From the NCBI GenBank assembly GCA_019662115.1, contig JAIFVW010000005.1, positions 1 to 49,752 of the forward strand: a stretch of DNA of 49,752 nt, written 5' to 3'. The translations under genes were made by a program, and so were the position numbers. The stretch is from Candidatus Pacearchaeota archaeon (GTDB lineage: Archaea > Nanobdellota > Nanobdellia > Pacearchaeales > GW2011-AR1). Positions 34,439 to 43,716 of this stretch are shown piece after piece (positions within the stretch are counted from its first letter, which is position 1; each line of letters opens with the position of its first letter). The notes beneath the pieces are model-generated. The model made no database searches, was not told the origin of the DNA, and saw only the letters and a list, made by a program, of their open reading frames with translations.

Positions 34439-36039
34439 GCAAGCAATTAATTTTCAATGAGGAAGCGCGCCAAGCGCTAATGAGGGGAATTGACAAAGTA
34501 GCAAACACGGTCAAGGTCACTCTCGGCCCTAAAGGAAGGACTGTGATACTTGACAAGTCTCCATCCCCTCTAGTATCGAATGACGGCGTTACTATAGCAA
34601 AAGAAATCGAGCTGAAAGATAAGTTTGAGAATATAGGTGCCAAGCTTATCAAAGAAGTTGCCTCTCAAACCCAGGATAAAGCAGGAGATGGCACCACAAC
34701 GGCAACACTGCTTGCACAACTAATGATCTCTGAGGGACTGAAAAATATAACTGCAGGTTCAAATCCAATCGAGCTAAAAAAAGGAATAGAAGTAGCTACG
34801 GAAAAGATAGTGCAGTATCTAAAGAGCAGGTCTATTCCTGTCAAGGACAAGGAAAAAATAACTCAGGTTGCCACAATATCTGCAAACAATGACGAGATAA
34901 TAGGAAATTTGATTGCAGAGGCAATGCAGAAAGTAGGGAATAAAGGAGTTATAACTGTAGAAGAATCAAAAAGCATCGACACTTACCTAGAGCTTGTAGA
35001 AGGAATGCAGCTTGAAAGAGGATATCTCTCTCCTTACATGGTTACAGATTCAGAAAAGATGGAGGCTTCATTTGAAGACGCCTATATTCTTGTTACAGAT
35101 AAGACCATCTCATCAGTCAAGGAGCTTGTGCCTCTTCTTGAGTCTGTAGCTCACACAGGAAAGCCTCTTGTCATAATTGCGGAAGATGTTGATGGCGAAG
35201 CTCTGACATTGCTGGTTCTTAATCTCTTACGAGGAGGGCTTAAAGTTGGAGCCATGAAGGCTCCAGGATTTGGAGATGAAAAGAAAGAAATGCTTGAAGA
35301 CATTGCAGTTCTTACAGGAGGAAGGTTGATTAGCAAAGATCGTGATGAGAAAATCGAGGATGTAGAGATGGAAGATCTTGGGTCTGCCAAAAGGGTAAAA
35401 ATGACAAAAGATGAGACAGTATTAATTGAAGGAAGAGGTGAGAAGAACGAAATAGAAAAAAGAGTTAAATTCCTAGAAAGCAGAATAGAAAATGAAGATT
35501 CAGATTATAGGAGAGAGGATCTGAAAAAGAGGCTTGCAAAACTAAGTGGAGGGGTTGCTGTCATTAATGTAGGGGCAGCCACAGAAACTGAACTAAAGGA
35601 GAAAAAAATGAGGATAGATGATGCTTTGCATGCGACAACTGCAGCAGTGGAAGAAGGGGTTGTTCCTGGAGGAGGCCTTACTTTATTGCATGCAATAAAA
35701 GAGCTAGAATCTCTGCATCTTCCCGAAGAGCAGGAAACAGGAGTAAAGATAGTAAAGAAATCCCTTGAAGGTCCCTTGCGACAGATTGCCAACAACGCAG
35801 GCAGAGATGGATCGGAAGTGCTTGCTCACCTTAAAACTGCTGAACATGGAATAGGGTATAATGCTCGCACTGGAAAATACGAGGATCTCTTCAAGGCAGG
35901 AGTTATCGATCCGACTAAAGTTGTAAGGAATGCCGTTCAAACTGCATCGAGCATTGCAGGAATGGTAATTACAACCGAGGCACTAGTTGCTGATTTCGAT
36001 GACGAAAAAGACGAAAAGAGTTCTGCAATCATAATTTAA
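34435..36039 (+). CDS. groEL: Group I chaperonin GroEL (Cpn60)
   Basis: 534 aa. [45 protein letters not shown] and [10 protein letters not shown] are all present. The C-terminus is acidic ([15 protein letters not shown]) and lacks a GGM repeat tail. Confidence 0.95.
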   Translation: MSKQLIFNEEARQALMRGIDKVANTVKVTLGPKGRTVILDKSPSPLVSNDGVTIAKEIELKDKFENIGAKLIKEVASQTQDKAGDGTTTATLLAQLMISEGLKNITAGSNPIELKKGIEVATEKIVQYLKSRSIPVKDKEKITQVATISANNDEIIGNLIAEAMQKVGNKGVITVEESKSIDTYLELVEGMQLERGYLSPYMVTDSEKMEASFEDAYILVTDKTISSVKELVPLLESVAHTGKPLVIIAEDVDGEALTLLVLNLLRGGLKVGAMKAPGFGDEKKEMLEDIAVLTGGRLISKDRDEKIEDVEMEDLGSAKRVKMTKDETVLIEGRGEKNEIEKRVKFLESRIENEDSDYRREDLKKRLAKLSGGVAVINVGAATETELKEKKMRIDDALHATTAAVEEGVVPGGGLTLLHAIKELESLHLPEEQETGVKIVKKSLEGPLRQIANNAGRDGSEVLAHLKTAEHGIGYNARTGKYEDLFKAGVIDPTKVVRNAVQTASSIAGMVITTEALVADFDDEKDEKSSAIII

Positions 36040-36120
36040 TAATTATCAAGCTTGCCCAGTTAAGGTTCTCGAGTCATATGTTTTCGGTAGATTTTTAAGC
36101 CCTATTCCACTTATTCTTTG

Positions 36121-36921
36121 ATGTCTAATCAAATAATCATTGTAAACAATGTTGTGAAAAAATTCAAGAAATTCACAGCCGTAGACAAAGTTTCTTTTAC
36201 AGTAGATAAGGGAGAGATGTTTGCATTTCTTGGTCCAAATGGAGCTGGAAAGACAACAACCATCAGGATGCTTACAACATTGCTTCATCCAACTTCAGGA
36301 AGGCTAGTGATAAACGGATTCAATCCCCTAAAAGAGCAGCAGGAGGTAAGATCTTCATTTGGCATTGTTTTTCAGGACTTTAGCCTGGATAACGAATTGA
36401 CCGCACTGGAGAATCTAAGATTTCATGCAGCCCTATATAGCGTACCTAAAAAATTAGCCGAAGAAAGAATAGAGTATTTGCTTAAATTAGTAGATCTATG
36501 GGACAGAAGGAATGACTTTATCAAGACATATTCAGGCGGAATGAAAAGAAGGTTAGAGATAGCTAGAGGACTAGTCCATCACCCTAAAATTCTTTTCCTG
36601 GATGAGCCTACTCTGGGTCTGGACCCTCAAACAAGGAATAATATGTGGGATTATATTAAAAAATTGAACAAAGATGAGGGAATGACTGTATTTTTCACAA
36701 CTCATTATATGCATGAGGCAGAGAAATATGCCGATAGAATTGCGATTATAGATCATGGCAAGCTACTAACTATTGGGACAGCTGATCAATTGAGGAAAAA
36801 GACTAAAACAGAATCGCTGGAAGATGCATTTTTGAAACTTACAGGTCACGGCATAAGAGATGAGAGTGGTAAATCTATTGATGCACTAAGGACTGCTGCA
36901 AAATCTTGGGGGAACAGATGA
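36121..36921 (+). CDS. ABC transporter ATP-binding protein (ABC-2/DrrA-type)
   Basis: GPNGAGKTT is Walker A, YSGGMKRRLEIARGL is the signature and LFLDEPTLGLD is Walker B. I prefer the ATG at 36121 to the track's TTG at 36118. Confidence 0.85.
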   Translation: MSNQIIIVNNVVKKFKKFTAVDKVSFTVDKGEMFAFLGPNGAGKTTTIRMLTTLLHPTSGRLVINGFNPLKEQQEVRSSFGIVFQDFSLDNELTALENLRFHAALYSVPKKLAEERIEYLLKLVDLWDRRNDFIKTYSGGMKRRLEIARGLVHHPKILFLDEPTLGLDPQTRNNMWDYIKKLNKDEGMTVFFTTHYMHEAEKYADRIAIIDHGKLLTIGTADQLRKKTKTESLEDAFLKLTGHGIRDESGKSIDALRTAAKSWGNR

Positions 36922-37664
36922 AAGCAATTTATGTAATGTGGTTAAGGCAACTAATAAGATTTTGGAGAACAAAATCTAGGATAATAGCTTCACTGGCACA
37001 GCCAATACTATTTTTAGTAGCTTTAGGATTCGGGCTTGGACCTATCTATGCAAAAAGTGGAGGAGGAAGCTACATTCAGTTTCTAGCTCCAGGAATTATT
37101 GGAATGAGCATACTCTTTACTGCAATGTTCGCAGGTATGGAAGTTATATGGGATAGGCAGTTTGGATTCCTGAAAGAAACTTTGGTGTCTCCATCTTCAA
37201 GATTTAGTATATTTCTAGGAAGAACTTTAGGAGGAGCAACAGTCGCGTTAATACAGGGAATTGTCCTTTTCATTATCACCTTAATTATAGGGTTCAGGCC
37301 TACAAGCATAGCTCTTCTTCCTTTGGCCTTAGTATTCATGTTTCTATTAGCATTCATATTTACAGCATTAGGAACGGCGCTTGCAATTAAGGTGGAAGAC
37401 ATGCAGGCATTTCCATTAATAATGAACTTCATAATTATGCCAGTATTCTTTTTGTCAGGAGCCTTATATCCGTTAGCAACGGCATCAGGGGTGATAAAGA
37501 CAATTGCCTTGTTTGATCCTCTTTCATATCAAATAGATGCGATAAGGAGTATACTTACCGGGGCAGCTCATTTTGGATTGATGGTTGATTTTACTGTCAG
37601 CCTTGTATGTGCAGCAATTGTAACAATGCTGGGAATATATTTCTTCAACAGAGTTGAAGTTTAA
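36918..37664 (+). CDS. ABC-2 type transporter permease
   Basis: Six-TM protein. The ATG at 36918 overlaps the ATPase stop (ATGA). The track start at 36906 is a TTG. Confidence 0.8.
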   Translation: MKAIYVMWLRQLIRFWRTKSRIIASLAQPILFLVALGFGLGPIYAKSGGGSYIQFLAPGIIGMSILFTAMFAGMEVIWDRQFGFLKETLVSPSSRFSIFLGRTLGGATVALIQGIVLFIITLIIGFRPTSIALLPLALVFMFLLAFIFTALGTALAIKVEDMQAFPLIMNFIIMPVFFLSGALYPLATASGVIKTIALFDPLSYQIDAIRSILTGAAHFGLMVDFTVSLVCAAIVTMLGIYFFNRVEV

Positions 37665-37701
37665 TAGAAATATATTTAAGCTCTTTCTCTATAATAAACA
37701 G

Positions 37702-37959
37702 ATGCCTGATAATATGTATAATGGCCTAGAAAACATTGCCAAAGGCCAAATGAAGACTCTTTCTCTAGTAAAAGGAAATCAATACTATTGTTTCAGATAT
37801 GAATTAGGCCAGGAATCAAAGGTTCTTGACGCTCTAGTTGAGATGGTGCATAAACCTGATAGTGGGTTTGACTGGTTTGATGCAGGCATTCTTTCGCACC
37901 AGCTTGGAAGACACCTTGCTAAAGAATTGAAAAAGTATCAACCAAACAAAGCTGCATAA
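37702..37959 (+). CDS. Hypothetical protein
   Basis: I prefer the ATG at 37702 (MPDNMYNGLENIAKG...), which lies about 25 nt downstream of AAATATATTTAAG. 85 aa with no recognisable motif. Confidence 0.3.
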   Translation: MPDNMYNGLENIAKGQMKTLSLVKGNQYYCFRYELGQESKVLDALVEMVHKPDSGFDWFDAGILSHQLGRHLAKELKKYQPNKAA

Positions 37960-38073
37960 TTTCCATCTCTTTTTAAATCATACGATAGATTTATATATTT
38001 GAACGGTGTATATAATATATAATTCTACAGACTTGTATGCTTCATTGTGTACGGTCTGTAAGTTTTCTAAACC

Positions 38074-38334
38074 ATGAATAAAATAACCATACGTGAACAT
38101 AAAGAATTTGGTGAAGTATTGAAGCGACTGGCAATCCGGTTGCTCGAAACAAAAGAGCAAAACAGGATGAAAACCTATGAAGATAGGGCCATCAAGTATC
38201 TAGCACAACTGCTTGAGATGCTTGAAGAAATAACAGTGCGTGACTACAAGGGACTTCGCGAAGAAGGAAGCTTTGCACCTGCATATGCTGCAGAATTAGC
38301 ACCTATTGCAGCCAGTGCAGATGAAGCAAGTTAA
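38074..38334 (+). CDS. Hypothetical helical protein
   Basis: 86-aa ORF, preceded by the strong BRE/TATA AGATTTATATAT at about 37988-37999 and a second TATA-like run. Confidence 0.3.
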   Translation: MNKITIREHKEFGEVLKRLAIRLLETKEQNRMKTYEDRAIKYLAQLLEMLEEITVRDYKGLREEGSFAPAYAAELAPIAASADEAS

Positions 38335-38363
38335 GTAAATCCCAAGTAAAATTCATCAATATT

Positions 38364-38924
38364 CTATCTTTTTTTCCTTTCTAGTTTTAACTTTATTCTA
38401 TTGGAATTAATATCGCAACTTTCCGCTACTGCTGAAGAGACAATTAAAAGAGAATAGATCAGGAGCACAATAGCTACAAATGAAACTTCTGATCCTTTGA
38501 ATGGAAGAACAGCGAGTACTGTACCAAGACCCAATATTGCGGCAAGTCCTATGCCACAGCTTGCACAAGCAGGGGCAAGAAGTCCAAGGAATAACCCAAT
38601 ACTTCCCGCAATTCCTCCTTTTCCTTCCAACCTTCTTATTTTTTTGTAATTATACCATAGAATAGTTATTAGCATTCCAGTTAGTATGCTGATTATTATC
38701 ATGGTGTAAAAACTTAGCGTGTTGAGGCTAGCTCCTACTATTAAATTAAAGACCAACACAATATCGCCGCCAAAACTAAGGTGAGGAAAGAGTGAAGCAA
38801 TGTTTTTTGAATCTGAAATCAGTATATTGAATGAATAGAAAAGAAAAGCAATAATAATTGCAGAAAAAATATTCTTTCCATTCTTAAAAACTTCCTTCAA
38901 ACCTCTTCCACTATCTACGATCAT
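38364..38924 (-). CDS. Integral membrane protein with intramembrane CxxC (LLAPACASCGIGLAAILG)
   Basis: 186 aa with about 5 TM helices. The Cys pair sits inside a Gly/Ala-rich helix. No family was recognised. Confidence 0.4.
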   Translation of the reverse strand: MIVDSGRGLKEVFKNGKNIFSAIIIAFLFYSFNILISDSKNIASLFPHLSFGGDIVLVFNLIVGASLNTLSFYTMIIISILTGMLITILWYNYKKIRRLEGKGGIAGSIGLFLGLLAPACASCGIGLAAILGLGTVLAVLPFKGSEVSFVAIVLLIYSLLIVSSAVAESCDINSNRIKLKLERKKR

Positions 38925-38938
38925 TAACGAATATCTAC

Positions 38939-39196
38939 TTATTTCCTTATAATTCTTTTGGTGTTTTTCTTGATAATTAACACAATCGCTATCAGGATGT
39001 ATAATGCAAGTATGAACGGATTGTAAAATATAATAATTCCAAGCAATGAAGATGTAGTGCTATAATTTGCTCCCCCATCAACCTGAATAGGTATAAAATA
39101 AGAAATTCCTATAATAAGGAGTATTGCAATTCCTAATAATCTAAGCTTCATTTTTAAACAAGTTAAGTTGAATATATATTTCTTTCCAGACAGCAT
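38939..39196 (-). CDS. Small membrane protein, hypothetical
   Basis: 85 aa with two hydrophobic helices. The true start may be the internal MKLRLLGIAILL. Confidence 0.3.
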   Translation of the reverse strand: MLSGKKYIFNLTCLKMKLRLLGIAILLIIGISYFIPIQVDGGANYSTTSSLLGIIIFYNPFILALYILIAIVLIIKKNTKRIIRK

Positions 39197-39246
39197 AAGA
39201 ATATTTATATACCCCTGCCCCTAATGGAAATTATAAAAAAGAGAAC

Positions 39247-39441
39247 ATGGCAAAAAAATGCATTTATTGTAAATCACCGATTGCTGATACTTCTGTTGTT
39301 GATGTCTGCAGGAATTGCGGGATTGGAGTATGGGGAGAGAAAATGTTCAACGCAATAATCACTAACATGGAAAATGCAAGGGAAGCCGGAGACCTGGATC
39401 AAGGATCTGTCACAAATCCTACAGTTTCCAGGCGATTCTAA
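39247..39441 (+). CDS. Small zinc-ribbon protein, hypothetical
   Basis: 64 aa with CIYC-x13-CRNC. An ATATTTATATAC box lies about 35-45 nt upstream of the ATG. Confidence 0.4.
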   Translation: MAKKCIYCKSPIADTSVVDVCRNCGIGVWGEKMFNAIITNMENAREAGDLDQGSVTNPTVSRRF

Positions 39442-39520
39442 CTATTCTTGTTTAAAAGGCTATTAAAAAGTCATTAGAGCTCTACAAAAGCTTTTTAAAC
39501 TGTTTTTATCAGGTACTATT

Positions 39521-39775
39521 ATGCTGAAACAGAAAAGACTCAGAGACCGAGGAAAAATTTCACTTACGAAGTATTTCCAGAAATTCAAGCCAGGGGATGC
39601 AGTAGCGGTAGTCAGAGAACATAGCGTGCCATTCGGATATTCTACAAGAGTTCATGGAAGGACTGGAAAAGTCATAGCAAAGAGAGGCTCAGCATACGAG
39701 GTAGAGGTCTTTGACCTGAATAAGCCTAAGCGATATGTAATTAAACCAGTTCACCTTAAGAGGATTATACAATGA
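39521..39775 (+). CDS. rpl21e: 50S ribosomal protein L21e
   Basis: 84 aa. KFKPGDAVAVVREHSV...RVHGRTGKVIAKRGSAYEVEV is the SH3-like L21e pattern. Confidence 0.85.
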   Translation: MLKQKRLRDRGKISLTKYFQKFKPGDAVAVVREHSVPFGYSTRVHGRTGKVIAKRGSAYEVEVFDLNKPKRYVIKPVHLKRIIQ

Positions 39776-40071
39776 TATTAAGCAAAAAGCCTCTTTCAAT
39801 TGCAGATGTACAGCACTATGTTAAGAAGAGTGAGGACAAGAAGCCTATAGATGAGTATCTTAAGCACTTTGGTGAGATGTCTCAGGAAAAGGCTCACAAG
39901 ATCTCTGAAAGCATAAGAAAGTTGAATAATCCTAAAATTACAGAAGAGGATATAATCAAGATTGTGGACTTCCTTCCCCAGGACGCAGAAGATCTACACA
40001 AGATATTCAACCAGGTGGGTCTTTCTGAAGAGGAAATTTCTAAACTGTTGCAGCTCGTAAAGGAGAAGTAA
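39772..40071 (+). CDS. rpoF: DNA-directed RNA polymerase subunit F (Rpo4)
   Basis: 99 aa, helical, with an ATGA overlap with L21e. The L21e-RpoF-DUF655 order is the conserved archaeal arrangement. Confidence 0.6.
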   Translation: MILSKKPLSIADVQHYVKKSEDKKPIDEYLKHFGEMSQEKAHKISESIRKLNNPKITEEDIIKIVDFLPQDAEDLHKIFNQVGLSEEEISKLLQLVKEK

Positions 40072-40072
40072 C

Positions 40073-40612
40073 ATGGCAGAGAAAGAAGAATTTGCAATCA
40101 TACTAGATTATTTGCCGTACGGCTACCCGATGCAGGGAAAGATGATGCCGATAGCACAGGCAATCGGAATCAACACTCTCATCCTGCTTGAGCTTATTCC
40201 TAGAAGGGGAGTTACTCTTGAATCTAAAGAAAAGGTTTATATAGGCCCAGACAAACGAGATAAGATATATTACATCGCTGGCAGGTTGCCGCGAGAGAAA
40301 CTCACAGAGACTGCGAAGATCCAGCTACAAGAGTTCATTGAAGGAGTAGTTGCGGAGCAGGAGAAGAAATTTATAGATTTCTTTAACAACGCTCAGGCAA
40401 TTAATACACGTCTCCATCAAATTGAACTTCTTCCCGGATTTGGAAAAAAACACACGAAGGAGATTTTAGAGGCCCGAGATCAAAAGGCCTTTGAGTCATT
40501 CCAAGATATAAGGGACAGAGTAGCAAATATTCCAGACCCTAAGAAGGCCATAGAAAAAAGGCTTTTGGAGGAGCTCTCAGAACGTCAGAGATTTAATTTA
40601 TTCGTAAAGTAA
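40073..40612 (+). CDS. DUF655 (COG1491) predicted RNA-binding protein
   Basis: 179 aa. IILDYLPYG...LLELIPR...EQEKKFIDFFNNAQAINTRLHQIELLPGFGKKHTKEILEAR...FESFQDIRDRV is the typical family signature, including the HhH motif. Confidence 0.75.
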   Translation: MAEKEEFAIILDYLPYGYPMQGKMMPIAQAIGINTLILLELIPRRGVTLESKEKVYIGPDKRDKIYYIAGRLPREKLTETAKIQLQEFIEGVVAEQEKKFIDFFNNAQAINTRLHQIELLPGFGKKHTKEILEARDQKAFESFQDIRDRVANIPDPKKAIEKRLLEELSERQRFNLFVK

Positions 40613-40613
40613 A

Positions 40614-41135
40614 ATGGCAGAAACAAAACAAGTAAAACCAGCAAAACCAGAGCTGAAGAAACCAGTAGAAAGGGAAAAGAAACAGCCAGTGCAGGAAGAC
40701 AATAACGAGGTTATTGTAAGAATATTCGGATATGACGTTCCAGGATCAAAAAATATTTACGCAGGCCTTACAAGAATCAAGGGAGTTTCATGGACTATTT
40801 CAAATGCAACATGTCTTGCTCTTAAGATGCCAAGGACAAGAAAGATTTCTGAATTATCAAAGCAGGATATTGCCCATATAGAGGAATACCTGAAAAAGCT
40901 TCCACTTCCAGATTTCCTGAAGAACAGAAGATTCGATCTAGAGACAGGAGAGACTCATCATTTATATGGCTCAGACCTTGACATAGCAAAGGAATTCGAT
41001 ATAAAGAGACTGAAGAAGATTAAAAGCCATCGTGGAATACGTCATTCATATAATCAGCCTACTAGAGGACAAAGAACAAGATCTCACTTTAGGAATAGAG
41101 GCCAGGGTGTCGGCGTAAGGAGAAACAGCAAATGA
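40614..41135 (+). CDS. rps13: 30S ribosomal protein S13 (uS13) with Lys/Glu-rich N-terminal extension
   Basis: 173 aa. The core runs from VRIFGYDVPGSKNIYAGLTRIKGV to ...HRGIRHSYNQPTRGQRTRSH. The first ~32 aa are an extra charged tail. Confidence 0.9.
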   Translation: MAETKQVKPAKPELKKPVEREKKQPVQEDNNEVIVRIFGYDVPGSKNIYAGLTRIKGVSWTISNATCLALKMPRTRKISELSKQDIAHIEEYLKKLPLPDFLKNRRFDLETGETHHLYGSDLDIAKEFDIKRLKKIKSHRGIRHSYNQPTRGQRTRSHFRNRGQGVGVRRNSK

Positions 41136-41638
41136 TAAGGAAAAAGAAACTTTATTTAAGACCAAAGAAGGCATATGAAAAAACAAGAATTGCAGAGGAA
41201 AATGTTATTGTTAAGAAATACGGCCTTAAGAATAAGAGAGAAATATGGAAGACAGCTGCAAGAGTGAACTACTTCAGAAGAAGGGCTAAAGAGCTTGCTA
41301 AAGAGTCTCCAGAGGAGCAGAAAGTTCTTTTCAATAAGTTGCGTGAGCTTGGATTAAAAACAGATACCATTGCAGATGTTCTAGACTTAAAGGTAGAAGA
41401 TCTTCTTGAAAGAAGGCTTCCAACTTTAGTAGTAAAGAAAGGCCTAGCATTCACTCCTAAGCATGCAAGGCAGCTTGTTGTCCATAAGAAAATTACAGTT
41501 GACAATAATGTAGTAAATACTCCAAGCTATCTAGTCCGAGTCTCAGAAGAGTCAAGTATAAGTTCAAAAGCAGGCAAGCCTGTTAAGCCGATTCACAATA
41601 AACAAGAAGCTCCAGAAGCTATTGAGGAGAGCGCATAA
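41132..41638 (+). CDS. rps4: 30S ribosomal protein S4 (uS4)
   Basis: 168 aa. YGLKNKREIWK... and RRLPTLVVKKGLAFTPKHARQLVVHKKITVDNNVVNTPSYLV form the S4 domain. Confidence 0.9.
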   Translation: MIRKKKLYLRPKKAYEKTRIAEENVIVKKYGLKNKREIWKTAARVNYFRRRAKELAKESPEEQKVLFNKLRELGLKTDTIADVLDLKVEDLLERRLPTLVVKKGLAFTPKHARQLVVHKKITVDNNVVNTPSYLVRVSEESSISSKAGKPVKPIHNKQEAPEAIEESA

Positions 41639-42090
41639 TGGCTGAAGAAATAAAGCAGGAGATAGTTGAGGAAGAAGTAAAAGAAGAATCTAAGCATGAG
41701 CACAAGGAAGAGAAGGAAGAAAAGGCAGGAATAGCATACATATTCAGCTCACAAAATAATACTATTGTTCATATAACGGATCTTGCAGGAAACACTATCT
41801 CAAGAGTTTCAGGCGGAATGGTTACAAAGCATGATAGATTGAAGGCAGATCCTACTATCGCAATGTTCGTTGCAAAAAGAGCAGCAGAAAGAGCAAAAGA
41901 CCTAGGAATAACAAGCCTATATGTCAGGATGCGTGCCAAGACAGGAAGCATAGGAATAGGTCCAGGATCTCACTCAGTAGTAAGAAGCCTAGGAAAAGAA
42001 GGCTTCAAGATAATCAGCATTCTGGACACTACAAGAGTTGCCAGAGGCGGTCCTAAGAAGAAAGGAGGTAAGCGAGGAAGAAGGGTTTAA
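41638..42090 (+). CDS. rps11: 30S ribosomal protein S11 (uS11) with acidic N-terminal extension
   Basis: 150 aa. The core GIAYIFSSQNNTIVHITDLAGNTISRVSGGM... is preceded by about 30 aa of Glu/Lys-rich sequence. Confidence 0.9.
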   Translation: MAEEIKQEIVEEEVKEESKHEHKEEKEEKAGIAYIFSSQNNTIVHITDLAGNTISRVSGGMVTKHDRLKADPTIAMFVAKRAAERAKDLGITSLYVRMRAKTGSIGIGPGSHSVVRSLGKEGFKIISILDTTRVARGGPKKKGGKRGRRV

Positions 42091-42114
42091 AAAACTCTTT
42101 TTACACTATCTTTT

Positions 42115-42810
42115 ATGGAACTTGTTGAAGAAAATCCTGGAAAAGTTGTCCTGAAAATGGAGGCAAACGAGCCTCTTGCCAATGCATTAAGAAGAAGCGT
42201 TGCAGAAGTTCCTACGCTTGCCATTGACGAAGTTGAAATTTTCAAGAATGACTCTGCATTGTATGACGAAGTTCTTGCCCATCGACTTGGTCTGGTTCCT
42301 CTAAAGACAGAGAAAGGAATGTCAGCAAAGACAAAGATAGATCTGAAATTATCAAAGAAGGGTCCAGCAACAGTCTATGCAGAAGATCTTGACGGAAGCG
42401 CAGATATAGTATATGGAAAGATACCTCTTACAATATTAACTGAAGACAAGCATATAGAGCTTGTTGCTACAGCCTCTCTAGGAAAAGGAATAGACCATGC
42501 AAAATACATGCCTGGATTATGCTACTACCGTCATGTGCTTGAAATAAAATCAACTCCTGAAATAGACAAGATTGTACAGAAATCTAAAGGCCTAATCAAA
42601 GCAGAAAAGAAAGGGGCTAAATGGTTCTGCGACCTAAGGGAAGCAGATGTTGATGAGATTGTCAAGCTAGATGCAGAGGCAGTAAAAGATGCCCAGGAAA
42701 TACTTTTTGTAATAGAATCATTCGGCTCAATGCCTGCAAAAGACATCCTTGCGAAAGCAGTCACTGCCCTTTCTGAGAACCTCGAAGAATTCGAGAAAGC
42801 TATCAAGTAA
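42115..42810 (+). CDS. rpoD: DNA-directed RNA polymerase subunit D (Rpo3)
   Basis: 231 aa. [43 protein letters not shown] is the RpoD/Rpb3 dimerisation signature. The insert domain has only two Cys, so no 4Fe-4S cluster is expected. Confidence 0.85.
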   Translation: MELVEENPGKVVLKMEANEPLANALRRSVAEVPTLAIDEVEIFKNDSALYDEVLAHRLGLVPLKTEKGMSAKTKIDLKLSKKGPATVYAEDLDGSADIVYGKIPLTILTEDKHIELVATASLGKGIDHAKYMPGLCYYRHVLEIKSTPEIDKIVQKSKGLIKAEKKGAKWFCDLREADVDEIVKLDAEAVKDAQEILFVIESFGSMPAKDILAKAVTALSENLEEFEKAIK

Positions 42811-42850
42811 TTTTAGATATCTTTAAATATAGATTCCATGGTGTAAAAAT

Positions 42851-43504
42851 ATGTTAGATTTAATAATTGACGCTAAGACTGATACTATAGAATCAGGAAG
42901 AGTTTACGCTCCTTTTGATTTAGGTTTAAAAAAGCTCTATGAAAACAACTTTGCACTTGCATCTTTATCAGATATAGCTCAACTGCGTATACATGAAGGT
43001 GTTAATTCATTTTCATTTAAAAAAACAAGCTTGGTGAGTGAAGGTGTCTTATTTATTCCACAAGGAGAACACAAACTAATAAGAAATTCCCCTATTCTTG
43101 ATGCAGCGCAAGAGGCAACTAGAATTAGTGATAAAGGCCAAGAATTTTATCTTAATCCAAATCAACTCCAAAAAGCTCTTGCCGATTCAATTGACCTTCC
43201 TCGGCGCGATGTTAAAATCCCTGCAAAACTAATTGGTTCTGATGAATTTTGTGCATATGCCTTTAGGGGCAGCAACAATGCAAAAGCTTACGGAAATTTT
43301 TTACATTCCATAGGTATAGATCATTTATCTCTTTGTGTTATGGGCAATGAATTTGTTGATAAACAACCAAAACCTTTTGTTAGACAGATAGTTATCGGAG
43401 GATATGCCGAAGTAGAAAACCCAGACCTTTACTTGTGTGGATCATCTCTTTGGGATACTCGCTGGATTAGAGGTGTTCGTTCACTGCCTCAAATATCAAA
43501 CTAG
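42851..43504 (+). CDS. Hypothetical protein (orphan) inserted after rpoD
   Basis: 217-aa ORF with its own CTTTAAATATA box (42821-42831) about 25 nt upstream. No recognisable motif. Confidence 0.4.
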   Translation: MLDLIIDAKTDTIESGRVYAPFDLGLKKLYENNFALASLSDIAQLRIHEGVNSFSFKKTSLVSEGVLFIPQGEHKLIRNSPILDAAQEATRISDKGQEFYLNPNQLQKALADSIDLPRRDVKIPAKLIGSDEFCAYAFRGSNNAKAYGNFLHSIGIDHLSLCVMGNEFVDKQPKPFVRQIVIGGYAEVENPDLYLCGSSLWDTRWIRGVRSLPQISN

Positions 43505-43560
43505 CCTCCAGCTGATACATTTTTCGTAATATTTATATAGAAGAGTCATGTCCAAAAGTG

Positions 43561-43710
43561 ATGATGAACCCAAAAATTAGAATGGAAAAAGCAGTGAATC
43601 AAATGGTCAAAGACTCAATGGCTCTGCCTCCAAGAGTAAAGCAGGCTGTTGAAGAGGCCATACTTCGTGTTAGATTAAAGAAAGTTCTTGATTACGACGA
43701 ATTTATTTAA
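43561..43710 (+). CDS. Hypothetical small helical protein
   Basis: 49-codon ORF below the track threshold, reading MMNPKIRMEKAVNQMVKDSMALPPRVKQAVEEAILRVRLKKVLDYDEFI. An ATATTTATATAG box lies about 25 nt upstream. Confidence 0.2.
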   Translation: MMNPKIRMEKAVNQMVKDSMALPPRVKQAVEEAILRVRLKKVLDYDEFI

Positions 43711-43716
43711 TTCTCA

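Noticed and set aside
34347-35940. Five minus-strand ORFs (61-101 aa) inside groES/groEL
   Set aside because: They lie antisense to a strongly conserved, full-length GroEL gene and have low-complexity Ser/Pro/Ala-rich translations typical of shadow ORFs. No promoters or motifs are present.
36046-36288. 80-aa minus-strand ORF
   Set aside because: It lies antisense to the Walker-A-encoding start of the ABC ATPase gene and to the groEL-ABC spacer. No support.
37978-38160. 60-aa minus-strand ORF
   Set aside because: It covers the AT-rich promoter region and the start of the plus-strand gene at 38074, and it has an implausible composition.
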